64,000 nucleotides of DNA, from positions 704,001 to 768,000 of the forward strand of contig CAVQEQ010000003.1 in NCBI GenBank assembly GCA_963711565.1, in the 5' to 3' direction. Of this stretch, positions 1 through 9,084 are shown piece by piece. Source of the DNA: an uncultured delta proteobacterium. Lineage in GTDB: Bacteria; Desulfobacterota; Binatia; Binatales; Binataceae. The translations under genes were made by a program, and so were the position numbers. Each line of letters begins with the position of its first letter. The first letter of the stretch is position 1. The notes below the pieces were generated by a model, which worked only from the letters and a program-made list of their open reading frames with translations, was not told where the DNA came from and ran no database searches.

Positions 1-219
1 CGCCGCTTCGCCCAACCGCGATAGCTGCCGCATCCGGAGCGACGCGGGCGGCACGTCGCCGTTGACGTTGCCCTTGCACGCGTCGCACAGACATCCGCGG
101 CGCAAATTTTCCAGCGGGAAAATGCTGTCGTGACCGTCAACCCATTGCACGCCGACGGCGTAGCGCCCCACTTCGTGCAGCCCTTTGATCTTCGGAGTCT
201 TTGACTTTATCAACGCCAT
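1..219 (-). CDS. DUF971 / gamma-butyrobetaine hydroxylase-like N-terminal domain protein (partial, runs off window start)
   Basis: Manual translation from ATG at 219: MALIKSKTPKIKGLHEVGRYAVGVQWVDGHDSIFPLENLRRGCLCDAC...; VGRYA, WxDGH and LRxxCxCxxC motifs. Confidence 0.7.
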   Translation of the reverse strand, partial: MALIKSKTPKIKGLHEVGRYAVGVQWVDGHDSIFPLENLRRGCLCDACKGNVNGDVPPASLRMRQLSRLGEAA

Positions 220-300
220 CCGTGCAGTCTCTGCTTGAGTATAACCCTCGCTCCGCCCAGTGTGGAGACGCTGTATTTTGGAAAAAGGAGAACTCGATCC

Positions 301-777
301 ATGGATGAAAAAGCAAAAAAGCAATCGCTGTTGATGATTCCGTACGGCGTGTTCGTGCTCGGCGCGGCTCACGGCGGCACGGCCACCGCGGCGACCGTCA
401 ACTGGGTCACGCAAGCCAGCTTCAACCCGCCGCTGGTGGTGGTCGGGATCAAGAAGGATTCGGGCTCGCATGCGATGGTGAAAGAATCGAAGAAGTTTGC
501 GCTGTCGATGCTCGCGTCGGGACAGAAAGGGATCGCGGGCGCGTTTTTTCGACACGTCGAGCCCAAGGACGGCAAATTCGGTGACTTCGCGTTTGAGACG
601 GGCGCCAACGGCGCGCCGATCATCAGCGACGCGCCGGCGTCGGTGGAATGCGACGTCGTCGGCTTCTACGAGCTCGGCGATCACAGCGTCGTCGTCGGCA
701 AGGTCACCGAGGCGCACGTCAAGCGCGACGCGGACGCGCTGACGATGAAAGAGACCGGATGGAACTACGGCGGCTGA
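301..777 (+). CDS. flavin reductase family protein (DIM6/NTAB)
   Basis: IPYGVFVL, QASFNPPLV and GDHSVVVGKV motifs; AAGGAG RBS upstream of ATG 301. Confidence 0.88.
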   Translation: MDEKAKKQSLLMIPYGVFVLGAAHGGTATAATVNWVTQASFNPPLVVVGIKKDSGSHAMVKESKKFALSMLASGQKGIAGAFFRHVEPKDGKFGDFAFETGANGAPIISDAPASVECDVVGFYELGDHSVVVGKVTEAHVKRDADALTMKETGWNYGG

Positions 778-812
778 GCGGGAGCAGCGAAGGGAAAATC
801 ACGCTATCGAAT

Positions 813-867
813 GTGAAACCCACCGTGGGTTTCACGCTTCCTTGGGCAGGGGTGACCCCTGCACCCA
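813..867. repeat. two tandem intergenic hairpins
   Basis: GTGAAACCCA-ccg-TGGGTTTCAC (813-835) and TGG-GCAGGGG-tga-CCCCTGC-a-CCCA (843-867). Confidence 0.55.
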
Positions 868-877
868 GTATCAAGAA

Positions 878-1948
878 ATGACGCGGGCGGATTTTACCCT
901 CGACGAAGTGCGCGACGCGCTCGAGCGGCTGACCGCCAATGCCGGCCGCGAGCTGCTCGCCAAGCGGCCGCATTGGGGCGACGCGATCCTGTGTGACGGG
1001 CTCCTCTATGCGGCTCGCGTGCTGAAATCCGATGTACCTGTCGAGGCGGCTGAGCGATGGTTCGCGCCGAAGCTGGCGGCCGGTCCGCGCACCAGCGGAT
1101 GGTTCTGGTTCTGGGCAGCCGAAGCGCTGCCGGCGCTCGACCTTTATCTGAAGACGAGCGATCCGCGCTGCCTGGAATATGCGCGCGCGATCGTAGATTT
1201 CGTGGAACATTCGGCGGCGCGAACTCCCGACGGTGCTTTCGTGCCGCATCCGCCGGCGCTCGAAGTCTGGATTGACGTCTGCTATTTCACCGCCCCCGCA
1301 ATTGCATTGCTCGGCCGGATCTCGGGCGACGCTGCGATGCTCGAAGCTGCGGCGGATCAGATGATCCTGCATCGCGATCATCTGATCGATCCGGCCAGCG
1401 GACTTTTCTGGCACGTCGCATACGTTGACCAAAAATCGCATTCGCAATGCTTGTGGGCGCGCGGCAATAGCTGGTTCTCGATTGCGGCGCCGCAAGTGCT
1501 CGCCGAAATCGAGGCTGGAGGCGTGACTCAACGACTCGCAGCAAAGGTCGAGAAGATTCGCGACGCTCTTGCGCGTCAGCTCAACAAGATCGTGTCGCTG
1601 CAGGATGATTCCGGACTGTGGCATACCGTAGTCGATCGCGAGGATTCGTACCTCGAGGCGTCGGCGGCGGCAGGATTCGCACTCGCGCTCGGGCGCGCGC
1701 TTCGGACTCGTCTGCCCGGTCTCGACGAGGCGCGCGCACGTGCCGCGTACTCACGCGCGCTTGGCGCGATTTGCGCGAAGATAGATGCGCGCGGCGCATT
1801 CACCGGCGTGTCGCAGCAAACGCCGCCGGGCGACTTTGCTTTTTACAATTCGATCGAAATCGGAACGGCGCCGTTCGCGACCGGCGTATGCATGATGGCG
1901 CTCAGCGAGGCGCTTGAGACAGGAACATGGCCAACAAGAAAGTCGTAG
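878..1948 (+). CDS. glycoside hydrolase family 88/105 (unsaturated uronyl hydrolase-like)
   Basis: WIDVCY, SGLFWH, WARGNSW, QDDSGLWH and SYLEASAAA motifs typical of the GH88/105 (alpha/alpha)6 barrel. Confidence 0.8.
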   Translation: MTRADFTLDEVRDALERLTANAGRELLAKRPHWGDAILCDGLLYAARVLKSDVPVEAAERWFAPKLAAGPRTSGWFWFWAAEALPALDLYLKTSDPRCLEYARAIVDFVEHSAARTPDGAFVPHPPALEVWIDVCYFTAPAIALLGRISGDAAMLEAAADQMILHRDHLIDPASGLFWHVAYVDQKSHSQCLWARGNSWFSIAAPQVLAEIEAGGVTQRLAAKVEKIRDALARQLNKIVSLQDDSGLWHTVVDREDSYLEASAAAGFALALGRALRTRLPGLDEARARAAYSRALGAICAKIDARGAFTGVSQQTPPGDFAFYNSIEIGTAPFATGVCMMALSEALETGTWPTRKS

Positions 1949-2982
1949 TGATCCCGGGCGACGATGCGGCGCCGGAGGCGATGGGCGCGACGATGGACGT
2001 GCTGCGCGCGCTGAAACTTCCGATCGATTACGTCGAATTTCCGCCCGGCGAAAAATGGGTGCGCGGCGAGACCGACGCGGCCGCGCGCAAAGCAATCGAC
2101 GCGTCCGACACGACGCTGTTCGGCTCCACGTCGGGCAAGACCACCGCTATCAACTACTTGCGATGGGGCAAGCAGACGTTCGCCAATGTGCGGCCAGTGC
2201 GCTACTCGAAGGGATTCCACAGCCCGCTCGCCAAACCTGACGGAATCGACTTCGTAATTGTGCGGGAGAATCTCGAGGACCTCTACCTCGGGCTCGAAGG
2301 TCCGCTCGAAGCGCTCGCGCCGCTGAAGCTGATGAGCAAAATTCTACGCGCGCCGCTCGATACGTCCGAGCGCGGCGTCTATGCGATCAAAGTGATCACC
2401 GAGCGCGCGACGCGGCGCGTCGCCGAGTTCGCGTGCCGGCTTGCGATCAAGCGCAAGCGCGCGGGCGGGATGGGCAAGCTCACGTGCACGTCGAAGTACA
2501 ACATGCTGCGCGAGTCCGACGGGCTGTTTCGCAAAATCGTCGAGGAGACGGCGAGTAAGTATCCCGAAATAAAGTACGAACAGTTCATCGTCAACGACTT
2601 CGCGCGACGCCTTGTGCAATCGCCGCACGATCTGGACGTGGTGGTCGCGCCGAATCTCTACGGCGACATCCTGTCCGACGCGGCCGCCGGTATTATCGGC
2701 GGGCTGGGGCTGGCGCCGAGCGGATGCTACGGCGCCGACTACGCCTACTTCGAGTCGGTGCACGGCACCGCGCCCGACATCATGGGGATGGGAATTATAA
2801 ATCCTTCGGCGACGATGCTTTCGGCCGCATTGATGCTCGATTACCTCGGCTTCAGCGCTGACGCGTCGCGACTCGATGCCGCCGTGCGCAAGGTTTACGC
2901 CGACGGCCGCGCACTGCCTCCCGACCAGGGCGGCAGCGCGAAGACCGCGGAGTTCACGCGCGCGGTAGTCGCGAATCTGTAG
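1927..2982 (+). CDS. isocitrate/isopropylmalate/tartrate dehydrogenase family protein
   Basis: IPGD, ANVRP, VRENLEDLY, PNLYGDILSD, FESVHGTAPDI and NP motifs. Confidence 0.9.
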   Translation: MANKKVVVIPGDDAAPEAMGATMDVLRALKLPIDYVEFPPGEKWVRGETDAAARKAIDASDTTLFGSTSGKTTAINYLRWGKQTFANVRPVRYSKGFHSPLAKPDGIDFVIVRENLEDLYLGLEGPLEALAPLKLMSKILRAPLDTSERGVYAIKVITERATRRVAEFACRLAIKRKRAGGMGKLTCTSKYNMLRESDGLFRKIVEETASKYPEIKYEQFIVNDFARRLVQSPHDLDVVVAPNLYGDILSDAAAGIIGGLGLAPSGCYGADYAYFESVHGTAPDIMGMGIINPSATMLSAALMLDYLGFSADASRLDAAVRKVYADGRALPPDQGGSAKTAEFTRAVVANL

Positions 2983-2994
2983 CTACCGGCCCGA

Positions 2995-3252
2995 TCAATC
3001 GCCGTGCTGTTCATTCTGAATGTGGTTGCCGACCGCGAATCCTGTCGCGCCGCCGGCGACGCCGCCGATAGCCGCACCGGCGAGAGGAGCACCGACTGCG
3101 GAACCGACAACCGCTCCTCCGACGGCGCCCACGCCGGTGCCGACCAGAGTTCCTTTCTCGCGGGTCGAGAGCGGCTGCCCATAGCATCCCGCCAACGAAG
3201 CAGTCAGCGTCATCGCGCCGATAACGGTGGTAAATGTTTTATTCAGCTTCAT
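2995..3252 (-). CDS. glycine-zipper lipoprotein
   Basis: Lipobox LAGC after signal peptide; GTGVGAVGGAVVG / GAAIGGVAGG glycine zipper. Confidence 0.75.
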   Translation of the reverse strand: MKLNKTFTTVIGAMTLTASLAGCYGQPLSTREKGTLVGTGVGAVGGAVVGSAVGAPLAGAAIGGVAGGATGFAVGNHIQNEQHGD

Positions 3253-3457
3253 GAAGTTAGTAGTGTGCATCATCAATGCCAGCTAAAAATCTTGGGCAAA
3301 GACTCGTGAGACGAGGAACCGGTGCGAAAGCGGCAAAAGTTACCGCACTGAGAAAGTGACTGCGCGGCGATACCAATAGTAGGTTAGAACCCCGCCGCCA
3401 ACGGGCATGGGTAGTAACGAATCAGAAGAACCGGTCCGAAACAGAGGCACAATTGAT

Positions 3458-4456
3458 ATGTCCAATTTTACATGGCCGCAGGGCCGCTCGGTAAAGATCG
3501 CGCCGCGTGCGAATCAGCATGCGATAAGTCTTACAATTCACGAAACGGGTGACGGGCCGGCGGTGGTTTTCTGCCATGGATTTCCGGAGCTGGCCTATTC
3601 GTGGCGGCATCAGTTGCCGGTGGTCGCGGCCGCGGGCTTTCGCGCTATCGCTCCCGATCAGCGGGGATACGCGGAGTCGAGTGCGCCGCCCGCGGTCACT
3701 GACTACGGCCTTACCGAGCTGACGGGCGACATGGCGGGGATGCTCGACGCGCTGAAGATCGAGCGCGCGATTTTCGTCGGCCACGATTGGGGCGGCTTCG
3801 TCGCGTGGGCGATGCCGGTGCTGTATCCGGAGCGGACGGCGGGCGTCGTCGGAGTATGCACGCCGTACATGGCGATCCCGCCTACGTCGGTCATGCGCGC
3901 GATGGTCAACGGCAAGGACGAGCGCATGTACATCCTCTGGTTCCAGGAACCCGGGCGGGCTGAGAGCGTGATGGATCGGCAAGCGCGGTTGATCTTCGAT
4001 CGCCTGATGCGCGCGCCGCTCTCACCGGAGGAATCGGCCAAGCGTGCGATGGCGAGCGGCGAGCTGGACATGAACCCGTTTCGGCGGATCGAAGAATTGA
4101 AGGCGGAAACTCCGACGATTGTCACGCAAGAAGAACTCGACACCTACGTGCACGCATACGAGGAGAGCGGGTTTCGCGGCGGGATCAACTGGTATCGGAA
4201 CATCGATCGCAATTCGCGCGAGCATCCTGAGATCGGCGTCGCCAAGCTGACCTTGCCGTGCCTGATGATCACCGCCGAGTGGGACGGCGCGCTGCCACCG
4301 CGGATGGCGGCCGGAATGCCGGCGCTATGCTCGGACCTGGAGATGCACAACGTCGAGCGCGCGGGGCATTGGGTGCAGCAGGAATTTCCGGACGCGGTGA
4401 ATCAGACGATCGTGGATTGGCTGCGGCGGCGGTTCAAGAAGATAGGCTCATCTTGA
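3458..4456 (+). CDS. epoxide hydrolase (alpha/beta hydrolase)
   Basis: HGFPE, PDQRGY, GHDWGG nucleophile elbow, NWYRN, GHWVQQE. Confidence 0.9.
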   Translation: MSNFTWPQGRSVKIAPRANQHAISLTIHETGDGPAVVFCHGFPELAYSWRHQLPVVAAAGFRAIAPDQRGYAESSAPPAVTDYGLTELTGDMAGMLDALKIERAIFVGHDWGGFVAWAMPVLYPERTAGVVGVCTPYMAIPPTSVMRAMVNGKDERMYILWFQEPGRAESVMDRQARLIFDRLMRAPLSPEESAKRAMASGELDMNPFRRIEELKAETPTIVTQEELDTYVHAYEESGFRGGINWYRNIDRNSREHPEIGVAKLTLPCLMITAEWDGALPPRMAAGMPALCSDLEMHNVERAGHWVQQEFPDAVNQTIVDWLRRRFKKIGSS

Positions 4457-4475
4457 TTGTTGCTTGAGTCGCAGT

Positions 4476-4538
4476 ACCCTCACCGCCGGCCGCGATGCGG
4501 CCAGCCGCCTCTCCCGTGAAATAACGGGCGAGGTAAGA
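4476..4538. repeat. REP-like palindromic element (inverted copy at 63255-63315)
   Basis: CCCTCACC...CCTCTCCCG-tgaaataa-CGGGCGAGG; reverse complement aligns closely with 63255-63315. Confidence 0.75.
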
Positions 4539-4561
4539 CCGGAGCCTCAACGCGCTGGCGA

Positions 4562-4942
4562 CTACCTGGTGTAGTCGAAGATTTCGTGCTCTTCGGTGAA
4601 GAAGATCGATGAGCGCTCGAAATCGATAAACTTCGATTCGTCCTCGAGCAGTGCGCGCGCGGCCTCCGCGCGTTCCTCGACGGCACCGCCGGAGCTGAAA
4701 TCCTCGAGACTGTCCCACCATACCTCGGTGATGCCGTCGTAGGTCTCTTTCATCTTGGGGCGAGTGTTGCGGATTTGCTTGCCCGCGTCTTCGGAGACGG
4801 TGTGACTGTGCACGTATTTCTTCGCGCGCATCGATTTCGCAAAGCCGCGTACCAGCGGACCGTGGTGCTTGAGCCAGTACTCGTGGAAATCTTTTTCGGA
4901 GATATCAGCGCGCTTTCGGACTATGTAAACGAGTTTGAGCAT
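4562..4942 (-). CDS. EthD domain-containing protein
   Basis: MLKLVYIVRKRADISEKDFHEYWLKHHGPLV, YDGITEVWWDS, DESKFID. Confidence 0.85.
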   Translation of the reverse strand: MLKLVYIVRKRADISEKDFHEYWLKHHGPLVRGFAKSMRAKKYVHSHTVSEDAGKQIRNTRPKMKETYDGITEVWWDSLEDFSSGGAVEERAEAARALLEDESKFIDFERSSIFFTEEHEIFDYTR

Positions 4943-4949
4943 TGCAACC

Positions 4950-6191
4950 TCACATCGCGCGTAACCGATCGAGTATCGTCTCGTCAAACATCTCAGCCGG
5001 CAGGATTTCAGGTCCGACAAAGGTGGCCGGAGTCAGATCGGGGGAATTATTGCTCATCCGTGCTTCGCGGACTTTCAGGCGACGCGCGCGGGCATGGTCG
5101 CCGAATTCCACGCTCAGGATTGAAAAGGTCGAGGCCGTGAGCCTGAGCCGGCGCATCCGCTCGCGCCGCTCCTCCGCGTAGGGGCGAAAGAGGTCCGGCG
5201 TCCAGTTGCGATTTTCTAGCATCAGGTCGCGCACGATGCGCACGTCGCGATAGCTGATCGAAAGCCCCTGCCCGATGATCGGATCATTGTGGCCGGCCGC
5301 GTCCCCGATCAGCACGACCCCGGGAACGTATGGCACGTCGGTCCAGGTGTCCTCGTTGCCGTAGGAATTGCACGGCCCCGACGGAGTGCCATTGGCGAGA
5401 TGCTCGCTGCCGGGGACACTTGCCAGGCGGAAGGCGTCGAGGAACCGCGCCTGGTTGTCGGCGCCCGCAAAGCGGCGCTTGTCGTCGATGCCGTAACAAA
5501 TGTAGAGACGCACGCGCTCCGACGATTGCGGGAACGCGAGAAAGTTGACGCGCGCCTCGGTGCCGAAGATCTGCAAATCCGCCGGCCAACCGGTAGTGCC
5601 ATCGACCAGCATCCCGGCCATCAGGTGATGCGTCGGATCGCGATGCTGATCGATGCCGGCCTGCGAGCGCACGACGGAGTTGCGGCCGTCGGCGCCGATG
5701 ATGATGCGCGGATTGAACTTGCGCTCGACGCCGTCGTGCCGGAATCGCACCTCGGGGGCCAATCCCGGCGTTACTTGCACTTCGGTCACGCCGCGGATCA
5801 GCTCGGCGCCTGATTTTATCGCTTCAGCGTTGAGCAAATCGCACATCACAGGATGCCGCATGCATAGCGGCGGCTTGAAGCCCGCGCCCTCGAAGGCGGT
5901 GAGATCGAGCGGCTGCGATTCCGCGGTGGCGGGGTCAACCTCGTCGCTGTATGCGATGTGACGGCCAAGATGATGCCCACCGGCGGCCAGCAATGTTTCG
6001 TACAGGCCGAGGCGCTCAGTTTCCGCGACGCCCCACGGCGCGAGCCATTCGCCGCGCACGTGGTCGATATGCACGAGCGACTTTTCGAGGAGCGTCACCG
6101 CTATGCCGGCGCGAGCGAGCACCGTCGCAAGCGCGCTGCCGCCGATTCCTGCGCCGACGATCACGACCTCGGGGTTAGTGTGTTTCTCCAT
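4950..6191 (-). CDS. FAD-dependent monooxygenase/oxidoreductase (group A flavoprotein, squalene epoxidase/UbiH-like)
   Basis: GAGIGG Rossmann motif, GADGRNS, LIGDAAGHNDPIIGQGLS. Confidence 0.85.
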   Translation of the reverse strand: MEKHTNPEVVIVGAGIGGSALATVLARAGIAVTLLEKSLVHIDHVRGEWLAPWGVAETERLGLYETLLAAGGHHLGRHIAYSDEVDPATAESQPLDLTAFEGAGFKPPLCMRHPVMCDLLNAEAIKSGAELIRGVTEVQVTPGLAPEVRFRHDGVERKFNPRIIIGADGRNSVVRSQAGIDQHRDPTHHLMAGMLVDGTTGWPADLQIFGTEARVNFLAFPQSSERVRLYICYGIDDKRRFAGADNQARFLDAFRLASVPGSEHLANGTPSGPCNSYGNEDTWTDVPYVPGVVLIGDAAGHNDPIIGQGLSISYRDVRIVRDLMLENRNWTPDLFRPYAEERRERMRRLRLTASTFSILSVEFGDHARARRLKVREARMSNNSPDLTPATFVGPEILPAEMFDETILDRLRAM

Positions 6192-6196
6192 GCGGC

Positions 6197-7705
6197 TCAG
6201 TTCACGAGGGTGTCGAAATATGCGGTTTCGATTTTGTTTGCGCGTTTGAACTGTAGAAAAATCCGGTAGTGACCTGGAGTCGGGAACCCGTAGGGGATCG
6301 AGAGTTCCGGTGAGATTGGGGCGGCATTCGCGCCTGGGTTCATGTTCATGTCGGACATGTTCATACCCGCCATCGAATCGGACGAGTTGGAGCTGACCAT
6401 CATCAGCGCCGCCATCGGGACCGAGCCCGACGGATGGATGTGCGCGAACACTTGCAGGTCGGAGCTGACGATCTCGGCGTGCGCGGCCATTCCCATATAG
6501 GGTTCCACGTCGGTCGCGGGCTTGCCGTTCTGATCCTGCACTTCGAAGCGGAGGATCGTTGGCGCGTTCGCCTTAAGGGTGGAGCTGGCGCGCTGCCAGA
6601 TCACATGCGTGCCGTCGTTGAGTACGTCGAGAGAAGAATTCGACGATGACGTTAGCGGGAGCGCCTGGCCGCCGCTGTCGTCGCCGCTCAGCGGCGTGCC
6701 GTTTATCGCGGGCAAGTCGATCGAGCCGACCAGCGTCCAGGGAAATCCGGTTTGGCCTACGATGTCGGCGAACACGGTGTAGTGGCCGGGCTCGACCGAG
6801 GGGAGCGTGTCCACGAACGAGCCGTCGGGCTGTCGCGCCGGATGCAGATGCCAGATGCGGTCGAGCGCGGGCATGCGCACGAGGAACAGATGCATCAGAT
6901 GGCCGTGGTCGGGCACGATAGTGTCCATGACTCCAAACCGCAGCCAATCCTTATCGTCAGGCGACGGGCGAATCGCGAGGCGGTTGCCATCGACAAGAGT
7001 CAGCGCGAGCTTCGGCGGTTTGAACAGTTTTGTGACGGCGGCGTAGCTCCGCGCGTCGGAGTTCCACCACGCGAACGCGAGATAAAAGATCGCAGCCGTG
7101 ATGACCGACATTAGCGCCATCGCGCGCCATCCGCGCCGCTTGAGCTCAGGCGTGACGAACGCACCGGGAGCGAGGCGCGCTTCGCGAGCTGCCCCGCCGA
7201 CGATCGAAATCGCGCCAAGTGCCAAACCGATCGCGAGCGTCAGCAGTAAGGCGCCGAGCGCCGGCGGCATCGGCAACATCCGGCGCGCTGCCGACGGCAC
7301 GGGCACCGACATTTGCGCTGAACCACGAGCACCGGCGACGTTTATCAGCACTCGCATCGAGCCGTACTCCATCAGCCAGAGGCTCGAGGTGAAAAGATGC
7401 GGGTCGATGGGGGAGCGATTCGCAACGTCGGGCACGGGAGCATACTGCGAGCCCGCGCCGGCGAGCCGCGTCACCGCGGTGCTGACCTGGCGCACGTCGT
7501 TGGAGTCGGCACGAATCTGCACGTCAGCGACGCCGGGGATCACGGCGGGAACGTTGACCGTCACGAACAGGTGATACGGGCCCGCGTCGCCTTCGTAAAA
7601 GACGTTGGGACTGCCGACGTGCGCGTTCGCCGGAACGGCAAACAGCAGCATCGCGACCGCGAGCATCGCGGCGCGCCGCATGATTGCACACGATGCGGAC
7701 AGCAT
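6197..7705 (-). CDS. exported two-TM His-rich putative copper-binding protein (start uncertain: 7681/7705/7723)
   Basis: Signal peptide ending ANA|HVGSP; two central hydrophobic helices; HGHLMHLF, WHLHP, EPYMGMAAH and FAHIHP motifs; Met-rich loop. Confidence 0.7.
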   Translation of the reverse strand: MLSASCAIMRRAAMLAVAMLLFAVPANAHVGSPNVFYEGDAGPYHLFVTVNVPAVIPGVADVQIRADSNDVRQVSTAVTRLAGAGSQYAPVPDVANRSPIDPHLFTSSLWLMEYGSMRVLINVAGARGSAQMSVPVPSAARRMLPMPPALGALLLTLAIGLALGAISIVGGAAREARLAPGAFVTPELKRRGWRAMALMSVITAAIFYLAFAWWNSDARSYAAVTKLFKPPKLALTLVDGNRLAIRPSPDDKDWLRFGVMDTIVPDHGHLMHLFLVRMPALDRIWHLHPARQPDGSFVDTLPSVEPGHYTVFADIVGQTGFPWTLVGSIDLPAINGTPLSGDDSGGQALPLTSSSNSSLDVLNDGTHVIWQRASSTLKANAPTILRFEVQDQNGKPATDVEPYMGMAAHAEIVSSDLQVFAHIHPSGSVPMAALMMVSSNSSDSMAGMNMSDMNMNPGANAAPISPELSIPYGFPTPGHYRIFLQFKRANKIETAYFDTLVN

Positions 7706-7725
7706 TGGGAGCGTGCGGCGCACAG

Positions 7726-8919
7726 TCAGCGGCGGACGGTGCGCATCCAGTTGCCCAGCGCCATTCCGAGCGAGCAGAAGACGATCGAGATCACGAGTGC
7801 TAACGCCATTCCTCGCGCGAGGGCGGCAGACGTCGGCTCGAGAACGAAACGGTACGGATTGTAGAGCACGACGGCCGGGTCGAAGAATGTGAAATAGTTG
7901 GCGCCGAAGATAGCATTGCGCGCGGCCGGCGAGATGAGGAAATCCCCGAACGGCCACTGCGCCGCAACGAACGCCGCGAGGAAAACGCAGCCGGCAGCAA
8001 CAGCGGATTTCCAGCCGCCCCACTTCGCGCCCATCGAGGCGCGCAGGAGGTCGAGCGCGAATGCGGGCACGATCACCAGCACCGGGAACCACAGCGGAAC
8101 CATGTGCGTGATGTGCTGATAGACGGGACCGAGCTTGGGCGCGGCGGGGAACATCGGGAAAATCCACAGACCCGCGAGAAACAGCGCGGTGTAGATAGCC
8201 GCCATCGTGGTAGCCGGCCAGCGACTCTTCGAGACGGCGGAGATTGCGATGAGCGGAATGGGAAACGCGATCGCCACTGCGCGATAGAAACCGGGGTTGT
8301 GCATGAACTCCATCGGCGTCGATTCGAGGATGAAAGTCGCGGAGCCTGCGACGACGATGCCGCCGATGGCGAGCAGCAGCCAGTCGAGCTTGCGCTGATA
8401 GGCGCCGGTCGCGCGATTGAGATGCGCGCATACTAAGAGCATCGCGCCGAACTCGATCATCAGCTCGCCGAGGCCCAGCATCGAGTGCGGCAGGCTGACG
8501 ATTTTGACATCGAGTCCGTAGGCGTTGTGCCACCAGTTGTCGAATGGCGCCGAGGTAAGCATCGCGAATCCGCCCCACGCCGCCATGAAACATCCGAGCG
8601 GCCCGCGAAATCCCCAGACCGAGATGCCGGAGTCCCGGGCGTCCTGCGAGGAGCCGAAAGTGGTGGACAGAATCGCGTAGCCGCTGGCGACGCCGGCAAG
8701 CACGCCCGCGAGGTAAATCATCATGTGCGCCGGCGTCCAGAAGGTGTCACGGCCGATCGAGATATGCCACGAGATGTCCCAATAGCCACCGGACCAATCG
8801 GCGGCGGTGGCGGCGGCGAGGCACCATACGTACCAGGGAATCGAGGCGGTGCGCTCGGCGGCGACGATCCGGACGTTGGCGCGCTCGCGCAGATCGAAGG
8901 TAGCGGCGGCATTTCCCAT
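7726..8919 (-). CDS. polytopic membrane protein with PmoC/AmoC-like metal-ligand motifs
   Basis: About 10 hydrophobic segments; WDISWHISIGRDTFWTPAH and FDNWWHNAYGLDVKIVSLPH. Confidence 0.75.
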   Translation of the reverse strand: MGNAAATFDLRERANVRIVAAERTASIPWYVWCLAAATAADWSGGYWDISWHISIGRDTFWTPAHMMIYLAGVLAGVASGYAILSTTFGSSQDARDSGISVWGFRGPLGCFMAAWGGFAMLTSAPFDNWWHNAYGLDVKIVSLPHSMLGLGELMIEFGAMLLVCAHLNRATGAYQRKLDWLLLAIGGIVVAGSATFILESTPMEFMHNPGFYRAVAIAFPIPLIAISAVSKSRWPATTMAAIYTALFLAGLWIFPMFPAAPKLGPVYQHITHMVPLWFPVLVIVPAFALDLLRASMGAKWGGWKSAVAAGCVFLAAFVAAQWPFGDFLISPAARNAIFGANYFTFFDPAVVLYNPYRFVLEPTSAALARGMALALVISIVFCSLGMALGNWMRTVRR

Positions 8920-9084
8920 GGCTGATTCTCCGCGACGATTGTAGCTTTATCCGGCGCGTCCGCCCACAGGCGCGAGGGATAGGGATTTTTCGCTGAAGTC
9001 CCGCTTGAGCGCCATCCTGAGCGCCGGTTTGCCTTCGACGGAAATCCCGGCTAAGCAGGTTGACCGCACGGCAGGGGCGCAATT

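Noticed and set aside
6197-8593. 798-aa ORF suggesting one long fused protein
   Set aside because: The N-terminal ~290 aa are Arg-rich off-frame read-through of the upstream membrane gene; the real protein begins at the signal peptide near 7705.
6197-8919. Calling these genes bona fide pmoC/pmoB or amoC/amoB
   Set aside because: Only ligand motifs and topology match; no pmoA and no overall sequence similarity visible by eye, so no gene symbol or substrate is assigned.
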